From: Comamonadaceae bacterium
GTDB taxonomy: Bacteria; Pseudomonadota; Gammaproteobacteria; Burkholderiales; Burkholderiaceae_C
Reading direction: 5' to 3'
Assembly (NCBI GenBank): GCA_037141865.1
Contig: JBAXBQ010000003.1
Span: 21,072-85,071 of the forward strand
Length of the DNA stretch: 64,000 bases
The translations under genes and the position numbers were made by a program. Shown in pieces: positions 14,641-23,278 of the stretch; position 1 is the first letter of the stretch, and every line of letters starts with the position of its first letter. Under the pieces are notes generated by a model that worked only from the letters and a program-made list of their open reading frames with translations, was not told the DNA's origin and did not search any database.

Positions 14641-15254
14641 TCAAGCTGTTACGCGCCTTGTGGGAGCGACTGTCGCTCTATCTTCCCGTCATTCTCATGG
14701 GCGTTTTGGCGCTTGGAACCTACTGGTTGGTGCGTAGTACTCCCCTTTTGCTAACCACTGCGCAAGAGCAGCCACCAAAGCACGAGTCTGACTATTTCAT
14801 GCGTAACTTTTCAGTAAGAACTTTTGACGAATCGGGACGACTCAAAAGCGAAGTGTTTGGAGCAAACGCCCGCCACTTTCCGGACACGGACACACTGGAC
14901 GTCGATTTTGTTCGCATTCGCTCATTTAGCGTCGAGGGTCGTTTGACGACTGCAACCGCGAGCCGCGCGGTGGTCAATGGAGATGCTTCTGAAGTGCAAT
15001 TGATTGGCAATGCTCGGGTGGTGCGCGAGTCTGGGGTCGATGGTGCTGGACAGTCCTTCCAGCGGATGGAATTTCGCAGCGAGTTTTTGCATGTCTCGGT
15101 ACCGGCAGAGCGCCTTGAGTCTGACAAACAGGTGGAACTGATGCGAGGCGAGGATCGGTTCACTGCCGACAAATTGGACTTCAACAACGCTGACCGCGTT
15201 TTGCAACTTAAAGGCCGTGTCAAAGGCCGGTTGGTCCCTGACGCCTCCAAATAG
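14637..15254 (+). CDS. lptC: LPS export system protein LptC
   Basis: 205 aa. N-terminal TM anchor then a beta-rich periplasmic domain; GTGA overlap with kdsC; canonical position. Confidence 0.75.
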   Translation: MIKLLRALWERLSLYLPVILMGVLALGTYWLVRSTPLLLTTAQEQPPKHESDYFMRNFSVRTFDESGRLKSEVFGANARHFPDTDTLDVDFVRIRSFSVEGRLTTATASRAVVNGDASEVQLIGNARVVRESGVDGAGQSFQRMEFRSEFLHVSVPAERLESDKQVELMRGEDRFTADKLDFNNADRVLQLKGRVKGRLVPDASK

Positions 15255-15344
15255 TCAGCCAGTCCGCAACCTATCGAAACTTGGTTCTATCACCGCCGCA
15301 TCCGGTGGGCCTGGCCAGTCCTTCGCTTGACTTTTTCACAGGGC

Positions 15345-15445
15345 AGGATATCGGCGCGGTGCGAACTGTCCCGGCAAGGTCGTCATGACGACTGATCATG
15401 CCGAAGGGGTCATTCGGCCGCTCCCAAGGCGCTGCGCCTGATATC
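15345..15445 (+). other. long-range inverted repeat enclosing two hairpins (candidate structured RNA leader, or operon-end structure)
   Basis: GGATATC-GGCGC (15346-15357) pairs with GCGCC-T-GATATC (15434-15445). Inside are GTCGTCATGACGAC (15379-15392) and CCGAAggggtcaTTCGG (15401-15417). Confidence 0.3.
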
Positions 15446-15485
15446 GATTCGTCAGCCCAGAGTCTGCAACACAGATAATGGACAT

Positions 15486-16739
15486 ATGAGCCACCACCCA
15501 AGCGTCAGCCCGCTGCCCCAACAAACCGCCATCGTCGTTTTTCTGGTTTTTGGGTTTTCCTATTTTCTTTCAACTCTCATCCGGGCTATCACTGCGACAC
15601 TATCGCCGACCCTGACGCGAGAGTTTGGCCTCAATGCCAGTGACCTGGGATTGCTGGCGGGCGGTTACTTTCTTGGCTTCGCTGCGACTCAATTGCCACT
15701 GGGAAAGTGGTTGGACCGGTATGGGCCTAAGCGGGTCATTCTCAATTTGCTGGCAGTGGCCGCCTTAGGATGCGTCGCTTTTTCAATGGCGACGAGTTTC
15801 TCCGCTCTGTTGGCCGCACGGATTCTCTGCGGTGTTGGGGTTAGCGCCTGCTTAATGGCGCCGCTTACCGGTTACCGCCGCTGGTTTGAGGCTTCAACAT
15901 TGCTGCGCGCGAATTCGTGGATGTTAATGACGGGTTCGCTGGGCATGGTTGCATCCACCTTGCCAGTGCAATGGTTGGTACCGGTCTTTGGTTGGCGCCT
16001 ATTGTTTTGGGGCTTAGCGGTTCTGGCGATCGTGTCCATGGGGTTGATTGCGTGGCAGGTGCCGCCGTGGCAATTCTCTCCAAGGCAAGAGCATGATGTC
16101 GCACCAGCCAGATCAAACTATGCCGAGGTCTGGAAGCACCCGTATTTCCGCAAGATGGCACCGATCGGGTTTTTTTGCTATGGAGGACTGGTCGCCATGC
16201 AGACGCTATGGGCCGGACCGTGGATGGTTAAAGTGGCAGGTTACACCGCACTGGAGGCCGCCAATGGATTGTTCTGGATCAACGTCGCGATGCTTTGCAC
16301 ATTTTGGGGTTGGGGCTTGGTCAACCCGCGGTTGACCCGCAGTGGGGTCCATGCGGATCGCCTGATCGCCGGCGGTTTGCCATTTAGCTTCCTGCTGCTC
16401 GCGATTATCATCGCATCAAGTGCCGCTTTGCCGATGATGGCTGGGGTCTTTTGGGCTTTGTATTGCATGAGCTGCAGCTTTGTTTCGCTGGCGCAACCAG
16501 CGGTTGGAATGGCTTTTGCGCCAGCCTTGGCCGGACGGGCGCTGTCGGCCTATAACCTGGTGATATTTGCGGGCGTTTTTGTAGTTCAGTGGGGAATTGG
16601 CCTGGCCGTGGATGGGTTCAAGCTGTTGGGTTTGACAGAGTCCGGGGCATTCCAGTCGGCCATGACGGTATTTTTACTGTGTTCGGTGGTGTCATATGTC
16701 TATTTTCTAAGCGCAAAAAGTCATAATCAAACAATCTGA
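15486..16739 (+). CDS. MFS transporter
   Basis: 417 aa, 12 predicted TM segments, MFS loop motif GKWLDRYGPKRV. Confidence 0.85.
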   Translation: MSHHPSVSPLPQQTAIVVFLVFGFSYFLSTLIRAITATLSPTLTREFGLNASDLGLLAGGYFLGFAATQLPLGKWLDRYGPKRVILNLLAVAALGCVAFSMATSFSALLAARILCGVGVSACLMAPLTGYRRWFEASTLLRANSWMLMTGSLGMVASTLPVQWLVPVFGWRLLFWGLAVLAIVSMGLIAWQVPPWQFSPRQEHDVAPARSNYAEVWKHPYFRKMAPIGFFCYGGLVAMQTLWAGPWMVKVAGYTALEAANGLFWINVAMLCTFWGWGLVNPRLTRSGVHADRLIAGGLPFSFLLLAIIIASSAALPMMAGVFWALYCMSCSFVSLAQPAVGMAFAPALAGRALSAYNLVIFAGVFVVQWGIGLAVDGFKLLGLTESGAFQSAMTVFLLCSVVSYVYFLSAKSHNQTI

Positions 16740-16802
16740 ATTGTTAGGAACAAAACCGGCTTGACTCTTGTACGGCACCGGTCTGGCCCACATAGTTATT
16801 AC

Positions 16803-17246
16803 ATGAACGGTATTTTTATCATCGCACACGCGCCATTGGCTTCAGCACTGCGCCAGTGTGTTTTGCATGTGTTCCCGGATGGGGAGACTGGCGTCGCGGC
16901 GTTTGATGTGCAGCCCAATGTGCCGCCGGAAGAAACCTTGAAGGGGGCCGTGCAAGCGATGGCTATGCTGAATACTGCCCAGACTCTGGTGCTGGCCGAC
17001 GTGTTTGGTGCGACACCTTGCAATGTGGCTCAAAAACTGGTCGACGGATTGAATTCAAAGTTAATTGCGGGGGTAAATCTGCCCATGCTGCTACGCACGA
17101 TAACCTACCGACGGGAAGCGTTGGATTCGCTGGTTGCGCGGGCTTTGGCCGGTGGCACACAGGGCGTCATGCAGGTAGCAGTGACCGCGCCACAAAATCA
17201 GGTGCGAAAGAAAAATGATCAAAGCAAGCACGACCATCAGCAATAA
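16803..17246 (+). CDS. PTS EIIA component, mannose/fructose (EIIA-Man) family
   Basis: N-terminal MNGIFIIAHAPLASAL with the phosphorylatable His; about 147 aa; followed by HPr and EI. Internal ATG of track ORF 16761. Confidence 0.8.
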   Translation: MNGIFIIAHAPLASALRQCVLHVFPDGETGVAAFDVQPNVPPEETLKGAVQAMAMLNTAQTLVLADVFGATPCNVAQKLVDGLNSKLIAGVNLPMLLRTITYRREALDSLVARALAGGTQGVMQVAVTAPQNQVRKKNDQSKHDHQQ

Positions 17247-17484
17247 GTTGGGCCTGCATGCACGTGCCTCTGCCAAACTGACTAAGTTGGCGGGTAGCTT
17301 CCCGTGTGAAGTATGGGTTGCCAAGGGCGAGCGACGTGTCAATGCAAAAAGCATTATGGGTGTGATGATGTTGGCGGCCGGCCTGGGTAGCACGGTCGAC
17401 ATTGACACCAGTGGCGAGCGCGAACAAGAGGCCATGGCTGCGTTGCTGGCACTGATAAGTGACAAGTTCGGAGAGGGAGAATAA
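17215..17484 (+). CDS. ptsH: phosphocarrier protein HPr
   Basis: 89 aa, NKLGLHARASAKL active-site His region. Overlaps the EIIA gene by 32 nt. Confidence 0.9.
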   Translation: MIKASTTISNKLGLHARASAKLTKLAGSFPCEVWVAKGERRVNAKSIMGVMMLAAGLGSTVDIDTSGEREQEAMAALLALISDKFGEGE

Positions 17485-17557
17485 CTATGGCCGCCACGCT
17501 TGTCACCCCGTGTTCTGCACCAGGCTTTGCTTGGGGTGGCCGGGCGCTGCAGCTCTT

Positions 17558-19333
17558 ATGACTTTCTCCATTCACGGTCTGGCTGTTGCCCGCGGCATCG
17601 CCATCGGGCGCGCGGTGCTGGTGGCTTCCAGTCGGGTGGATGTGGCGCACTACTTTATTGAGACATCCCAGATTGACGCAGAGATCAATCGGGTACGCGT
17701 AGGGCGCAACAAGGTGGTCGATGAGATTCGCCGTTTACAAGCCAACATAGTCCACATGGGCCCGAAAGAGGCGCCGCACGAATTGACGGCGTTGCTGGAT
17801 GTACACCTGATGCTGTTGCAGGATGAAGAACTGATAAGTGGTGTCAAGCACTGGATTACGGATCGACTCTACAACGCTGAGTGGGCGCTGACGACACAAC
17901 TTGAGGTCATCGCACGCCAGTTTGATGAAATGGAAGATGAGTACTTGCGCGAGCGCAAGGCCGACCTCGAACAAATTACCGAAAAAGTATTGCGTGCCAT
18001 GAAGGGCGCGGCCTCGCCCGTCGTGCCGCAACCCAACCGGGCTGCGCGCAAGAAGTCGCAACAGGACCTGCTGCTCGATGACACGGTGGATGTGCCCTTG
18101 ATCCTGATTGCGCACGATCTTTCGCCGGCCGACATGCTGCAATTCAAGCAAAGCGTGTTTGCCGGCTTCATTACCGATGTCGGCGGTAAAACCTCGCACA
18201 CGGCCATAGTCGCGCGCAGTCTGGACATACCGGCAGTGGTGGGTGCACGCCTGTCCAGTCAGATGGTGCGTCAGGATGACTGGGTCATCATCGATGGCGA
18301 CGCCGGCGTGGTGGTGGTGGACCCTTCCCCCATCATCCTGGCGGAATATGGTTTCAAGCAGCGCCAACTTGAACTTGAGCGCGGGCGACTCAGCCGATTG
18401 CTGCACACACCGGCCGTCACACTGGATGGTCTAAAAATTGAATTGCTGGCAAATATCGAGATGCCGGAAGACGCGCCTGCTGCAGTCAAAGCTGGAGCTG
18501 TCGGCGTTGGCCTGTTCCGTAGCGAGTTTCTCTTCATGGGTCGGCAAGGAAAGCTGCCTGATGAGGAAGAACAGTACCAGGCGTACCGCCGCGCCATCGA
18601 AGGCATGCAGGGTTTGCCAGTAACGATTCGAACCGTCGATGTGGGTGCCGACAAACCACTGGACGACTCGCTGCAGGACTCTGCACACCTCAATCCGGCA
18701 CTCGGCTTGCGCGCTATTCGCTGGAGTCTTGCGGATCCCGCCATGTTTTTGACGCAGTTGCGGGCCATATTGCGTGCGGCAGTCCATGGTCGGGCAAACC
18801 TGCTGATTCCGATGCTGGTTCATGCCAGCGAGATTCGGCACACCATGGCCCTGATAGACCATGCCCGCGTCGAGCTCGACAACCGGGGCATCGCCTATGG
18901 CCCCGTCAAAATCGGCGCCATGATCGAGATCCCGGCAGCTGCCCTGACACTCAAAGTTTTTTTGAAATACTTCGATTTTCTTTCCATCGGCACCAATGAT
19001 TTGATTCAGTACACGCTAGCGATTGACCGTGCGGACGAGTCGGTGGCGCACTTGTACGACCCTTTGCATCCGGCCGTACTGCGGTTAGTGGCGCTGACCA
19101 TCGCCGAGTGCAATGCCCAGGGCAAGGAGGTGAGTGTTTGCGGCGAAATGGCGGGCGACGTCAGCTTGACGCGCTTGTTGCTGGGCATGGGTTTGCGCAG
19201 TTTTTCCATGCATCCAGCGCAAATTCTCGCAGTCAAACAGGAGGTGTTGCGCGCCGATGCGGGCAAACTCGCGGCCTGGGCTCAGCAGGTCATGGCGGAT
19301 GACGAGCCCGGACTGCGGATGACAAGGAGCTAG
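17558..19333 (+). CDS. ptsI: phosphoenolpyruvate-protein phosphotransferase (PTS enzyme I)
   Basis: GGKTSHTAIVARSL phospho-His motif, PEP-utilising C-terminal domain (SIGTNDLIQY). Start at ATG 17558 (MTFSIHGLAVARGIAIG). Confidence 0.93.
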   Translation: MTFSIHGLAVARGIAIGRAVLVASSRVDVAHYFIETSQIDAEINRVRVGRNKVVDEIRRLQANIVHMGPKEAPHELTALLDVHLMLLQDEELISGVKHWITDRLYNAEWALTTQLEVIARQFDEMEDEYLRERKADLEQITEKVLRAMKGAASPVVPQPNRAARKKSQQDLLLDDTVDVPLILIAHDLSPADMLQFKQSVFAGFITDVGGKTSHTAIVARSLDIPAVVGARLSSQMVRQDDWVIIDGDAGVVVVDPSPIILAEYGFKQRQLELERGRLSRLLHTPAVTLDGLKIELLANIEMPEDAPAAVKAGAVGVGLFRSEFLFMGRQGKLPDEEEQYQAYRRAIEGMQGLPVTIRTVDVGADKPLDDSLQDSAHLNPALGLRAIRWSLADPAMFLTQLRAILRAAVHGRANLLIPMLVHASEIRHTMALIDHARVELDNRGIAYGPVKIGAMIEIPAAALTLKVFLKYFDFLSIGTNDLIQYTLAIDRADESVAHLYDPLHPAVLRLVALTIAECNAQGKEVSVCGEMAGDVSLTRLLLGMGLRSFSMHPAQILAVKQEVLRADAGKLAAWAQQVMADDEPGLRMTRS

Positions 19334-20832
19334 AACCTGGGTAATTCCGGATGTTTGATTTTGCCGCCGCGCACCAGCATCTTGCCGTACTCGGCACAAC
19401 GCTGGGGTGTCGGAATCACCTTGCCGGGGTTGAGCAGGCCTTTGACGTCAAAAGCCCGTTTGACACCAAACATTTGCTCGTTTTCGCTGACACTGAACTG
19501 CACGCACATGGAGTTGAGTTTCTCGATGCCAACGCCGTGCTCGCCGGTCACGGTGCCACCCATGGCGACACTGGTTTCCAGAATGTCGGCCCCGAACAGT
19601 TCGCAGCGGTGCAGTTGATCCGGGTCATTGGCATCAAACATGATCAGCGGATGCAGGTTGCCGTCTCCGGCGTGAAACACGTTGGCACAGAGCAGCCGGT
19701 ATTTCTTCTCCATCGCCTGGATCGCCAACAACATATCGGCCAGTCGTTTGCGCGGAATGGTGGAGTCCATGCACATGTAATCAGGGCTGATGCGACCGCT
19801 AGCCGGAAAAGCATTCTTGCGACCGCTCCAAAATTTCAGCCGCTCGGCTTCATCCTGACTAACCGCAATCGCTGTTGCACCATGCTGACGCAGCACCTCA
19901 CTCATGCGAACGATTTCTTCTTCTACCTCCTCCGCGGTGCCATCGCTTTCGCACAGCAAAATGGCTTCTGCACCGAGGTCGTAGCCGGCGTGCACATAAT
20001 CTTCCACGGCAGCAGTCATGGGCTTGTCCATCATCTCCAGCCCAGCCGGGATGATGCCAGCGGCGATGACTGCGGCCACCGCGTCACCGGCCTTGCGGAT
20101 ATCGTCAAAGCTGGCCATGATGCAGCGGGCCAGTTGCGGCGTGGGTACCAGTTTGACAGTGACTTCGGTGGTGACAGCCAGCATGCCCTCCGAGCCGATG
20201 ACAATGCTCAGGCAATCAAAACCAGCCGCATCCAGCGCCTCTGAGCCGAATTCAATTGCCTCGCCTTCCATGGTGAAACCTTTTATCTTGAGTACGTTGT
20301 GCAAGGTGAGTCCGTACTTCAGACAATGCACGCCGCCAGCGTTCTCCGCCACGTTGCCGCCGATGGTGCAGGCGATCTGGCTGGAGGGGTCCGGAGCGTA
20401 ATACAAATTGTGCGGTGCGGCGGCTTCGCTGATGGCCAGGTTGCGTGCCCCACATTGCACGATGGCGGTTCGGCTCACTGGGTCAATTCGAATTATCTTG
20501 TTGAACTTGGCCAGTGACAGGGTGACCCCCAGGCTATGCGGCATGGCACCGCCCGACAGGCCGGTGCCCGCACCTCGCGCTACCACCGGCACGTCCAGCG
20601 CGTGGCAAGTGCGTAGTACTGCTTGCACCTGTTCCTGTGTTTCGGGCAACGCCACCGCCAGCGGGCGTTGCCGGTAGGCGGTCAGCCCATCACATTCATA
20701 AGGCGTCGTATCCTCTGTTTGCCAAAGCAGGCAATGGGCTGGCAAACAAGCGGTCAGCCCCTTGATTACCTGGGCTTGGCGCTGTGCTCTTTGCAGCATC
20801 GCTTGATTTTCAGGGGAGGACTGTGCATTCAT
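19330..20832 (-). CDS. FAD-linked oxidase (GlcD / D-2-hydroxyacid dehydrogenase family)
   Basis: FAD-binding PCMH domain (VVARGAGTGLSGGA), C-terminal GEHGVG motif. No glcE/glcF partners adjacent. Confidence 0.85.
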   Translation of the reverse strand: MNAQSSPENQAMLQRAQRQAQVIKGLTACLPAHCLLWQTEDTTPYECDGLTAYRQRPLAVALPETQEQVQAVLRTCHALDVPVVARGAGTGLSGGAMPHSLGVTLSLAKFNKIIRIDPVSRTAIVQCGARNLAISEAAAPHNLYYAPDPSSQIACTIGGNVAENAGGVHCLKYGLTLHNVLKIKGFTMEGEAIEFGSEALDAAGFDCLSIVIGSEGMLAVTTEVTVKLVPTPQLARCIMASFDDIRKAGDAVAAVIAAGIIPAGLEMMDKPMTAAVEDYVHAGYDLGAEAILLCESDGTAEEVEEEIVRMSEVLRQHGATAIAVSQDEAERLKFWSGRKNAFPASGRISPDYMCMDSTIPRKRLADMLLAIQAMEKKYRLLCANVFHAGDGNLHPLIMFDANDPDQLHRCELFGADILETSVAMGGTVTGEHGVGIEKLNSMCVQFSVSENEQMFGVKRAFDVKGLLNPGKVIPTPQRCAEYGKMLVRGGKIKHPELPRF

Positions 20833-20937
20833 GGTGGACTTCACGCATTCATTGACAAGGTTGTGCAACTGTAGAGTGAAGCTGTGTCAGCGAGTGTGAG
20901 AAATTTTTCAAGCTGCCGTGAAAACAAAACTGCTGTA

Positions 20938-21825
20938 TCAGGCAACACTCTTTTTCAACCACTCCGCAAACGCGGCGCATTCCCAGCGGTCCATCATGCC
21001 GGTGCGCCAGCACAAGTAGTGCGCATGCGGGCTGGGCACGTTGCGCCCAAAGACATCGTTGGAACCCAGGCGCACCAGGGAGCCGCGCTCCAGCCACGGC
21101 GCGCCAAGTTTCAGGCGCACCAAGCCGACACCCATGCCGGCGGCAGCGCCATCGCACATCAGTCCAATGTCGTTGAATTGCGAGCCGTCCACCGGCTCCG
21201 GCCAATCCAGATTGTTGGCGGCGAACCAGGTACGCCAAGGTTCCAGCGGGCTGCGTAAAAGGTTCTCGCCCTCCAGGTCTTGCGGCACTACAAACGGCCC
21301 GTGCTCGCGCACATAGGCGGGCGAAGCCAGCGGCGTGACCTCGTCCCTGATCAGACACACATGCTCCAAATCGGCATAGTGGCCGCTGCCAAATCGAATA
21401 ATCAGGTCAGCGTCTTCTGCCACCACGTCCAGCAACGGAATGGACACCTGCAAGGTCAGGTCAATTTCGGGGTAGGCCTCGGTGAATTGGCGCAGACGGG
21501 GGATGAGAATAGAGCGTGAAAACGTGGGAGTTACCGCTAGTCGCAATTTCCGCTTGCCTGGTGCGGAGGCCGAGCTGGGAAATTTTTGCAGAGTCGCCAA
21601 ACCTTCGCGCACGTGCGCCAGATATTCAATGCCCTCCACAGTGAGCGAGAAATCGGCGCGCCCGAACAACTTGGTGCCAATGATTTGTTCCAGTTGTTTG
21701 ACGCGGTGGCTGACAGCGCTGGGTGTGACACACAGTTCTTCCGAGGTTTGGGTCACACTGCGCAGACGGGCCAGCGCTTCAAAAGTCAACAGGCACTGGA
21801 TCGGCGGTATGCGGGCGGCAGTCAT
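20938..21825 (-). CDS. LysR-family transcriptional regulator
   Basis: N-terminal wHTH (LLTFEALARLRSVTQTSEELCVTPSAVSHRVKQLE) and a LysR substrate-binding domain. Start at the internal ATG. Confidence 0.9.
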   Translation of the reverse strand: MTAARIPPIQCLLTFEALARLRSVTQTSEELCVTPSAVSHRVKQLEQIIGTKLFGRADFSLTVEGIEYLAHVREGLATLQKFPSSASAPGKRKLRLAVTPTFSRSILIPRLRQFTEAYPEIDLTLQVSIPLLDVVAEDADLIIRFGSGHYADLEHVCLIRDEVTPLASPAYVREHGPFVVPQDLEGENLLRSPLEPWRTWFAANNLDWPEPVDGSQFNDIGLMCDGAAAGMGVGLVRLKLGAPWLERGSLVRLGSNDVFGRNVPSPHAHYLCWRTGMMDRWECAAFAEWLKKSVA

Positions 21826-21884
21826 GCCGACATTGTCACACTTGCGCCGACAAGAACAAAGTGGCAACACCTTGTAGCACTCGG

Positions 21885-21903
21885 TTTACGCGTGTTGGCT
21901 AAA
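21885..21903. promoter_or_regulatory. candidate LTTR box, TTTA-N11-TAAA dyad
   Basis: Read directly in the 127-bp LysR/MFS divergent spacer; fits the generic T-N11-A pattern. Confidence 0.3.
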
Positions 21904-21952
21904 ATAAACCGACAACTCCCGTACCACGGAAATCAATTCACCCCGAGACTCC

Positions 21953-23254
21953 ATGCCGCCGAATGCCACAAGCGCAGGGCGCCGACTTTGGCTCAGACTG
22001 CGGCCACTTTGGCCGGCCCTCGCGTCCAATGATTTGCTGCGCGATGCCACCTATCGGCGGTTGTGGGCGTCGATCCTGATCAGTTCTTTCGGTGGCCAGA
22101 TCACCATGCTGGCCTTGCCATTGACGGCAGCCATATTGCTGCATGCCACGCCATCACAGATGGGCATTTTGACAGCGATGGAACTAGCACCATTTGTGTT
22201 GCTGTCATTGCCTTCGGGCGTGTGGCTAGACCGCGTGCGCAAGTTGCCGGTCTATGTCATTGGAGAAGGCATCATCGCCCTCGTCCTTTCCAGCGTGCCC
22301 TTGAGCTGGCATTTTGGCTGGCTCAGTATGGCGTTCATGTATGGCGTGGCCTTCGCCATTGGCTGCGTGTTTGTCACCGCTGGGACTGCGGCGCAGATAG
22401 TGTTGACCCAGGTGGTGCCGCGCGAGCGGCTGGTGGAGGCGCACGCCAAAAATGCCTTGGCCTCGTCGGGCGCCGAGGTTGCCGGACCCGGTGTTGCGGG
22501 TGCCTTGATCAAGTTGGTGGGTGCGCCGCTGGCATTGTTGGCAGATGCTGTGCTGTTGCTGGTCAGCGTGTTGATTCTGCGCGGTTTGCAGGTGGTTGAA
22601 AACCGTGTTTCAACGGAAGAAACCCATTTCTGGCGCGACCTGAAGGAAGGCCTGCGCTTTGTCGCCAGTCAGCGCTTGCTGGTATCTTTGGCCATCGCGG
22701 TCGGCTTGTGGCAAATGTGCCACCAGTGCGCCATGGTGGTGCAAATCCTGTTTGTCACCCGTGAGCTGGGGCTCAACGAACATCAAGTCGGGCTCTGTTA
22801 CATGGGCCTGGGCCTGGGCACCATTGTGGCCAGCACCCTGGGTAACCGTATCTCGCGACGCGTCGGTCCTGGCCCCTGCCTGATTCTGGGTTTTGCAGTG
22901 TGCGGCCTGGGCTGGCTTCAATTGGCGCTGGCGCCGCTGGGGGCCTGGGGCGTGACCTCGTTTGTTTTCATGTTGTTGTGCTTTAGCGCTGGCGCTGTGC
23001 TGATATTCATTAATTTTCTGGCTTTGCGCCAAGCCGTCACGCCAGAGCCGCTGCTGGGGCGCATGACCAGCACCATGCGCTGGCTGATCCTGCTACCCGC
23101 CGGTCCGGGTGCGCTGTTGGGAGGCTACCTGGGCGAGCACTTGGGCTTGCGCTTTGCCCTGGCTCTGGGGGGTATAGGCTCGCTCGCGCTAGCTGTGTGG
23201 GCCTGGCGCCATCCGGTGCTGCGCAATGTGCGCACATTGCCGAACGCAGCTTGA
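21953..23254 (+). CDS. MFS transporter
   Basis: 433 aa, about 12 TM, motif GVWLDRVRKLPV; divergent from the LysR gene. Confidence 0.85.
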   Translation: MPPNATSAGRRLWLRLRPLWPALASNDLLRDATYRRLWASILISSFGGQITMLALPLTAAILLHATPSQMGILTAMELAPFVLLSLPSGVWLDRVRKLPVYVIGEGIIALVLSSVPLSWHFGWLSMAFMYGVAFAIGCVFVTAGTAAQIVLTQVVPRERLVEAHAKNALASSGAEVAGPGVAGALIKLVGAPLALLADAVLLLVSVLILRGLQVVENRVSTEETHFWRDLKEGLRFVASQRLLVSLAIAVGLWQMCHQCAMVVQILFVTRELGLNEHQVGLCYMGLGLGTIVASTLGNRISRRVGPGPCLILGFAVCGLGWLQLALAPLGAWGVTSFVFMLLCFSAGAVLIFINFLALRQAVTPEPLLGRMTSTMRWLILLPAGPGALLGGYLGEHLGLRFALALGGIGSLALAVWAWRHPVLRNVRTLPNAA

Positions 23255-23278
23255 TGCGGCGATCAGTTAAGTGCCGAG

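Noticed and set aside
15255-15485. Cobalamin riboswitch call.
   Set aside because: Only fragmentary resemblance (GGTGCGAA, CCCGGCAAGGT, an ACGACTG in place of the GCCACTG B12 box, AGCCCAGAGTCTGC). The distance from the 5' GGT element to the AGGG core is far too long and the helices do not map cleanly. It needs a covariance-model search, so it is reported only as a structured element.
15271-15501. 76-codon minus-strand ORF in the lptC/MFS spacer.
   Set aside because: It has no SD and an implausible composition, and it overlaps the MFS start. The region is better explained as structured non-coding RNA or DNA.
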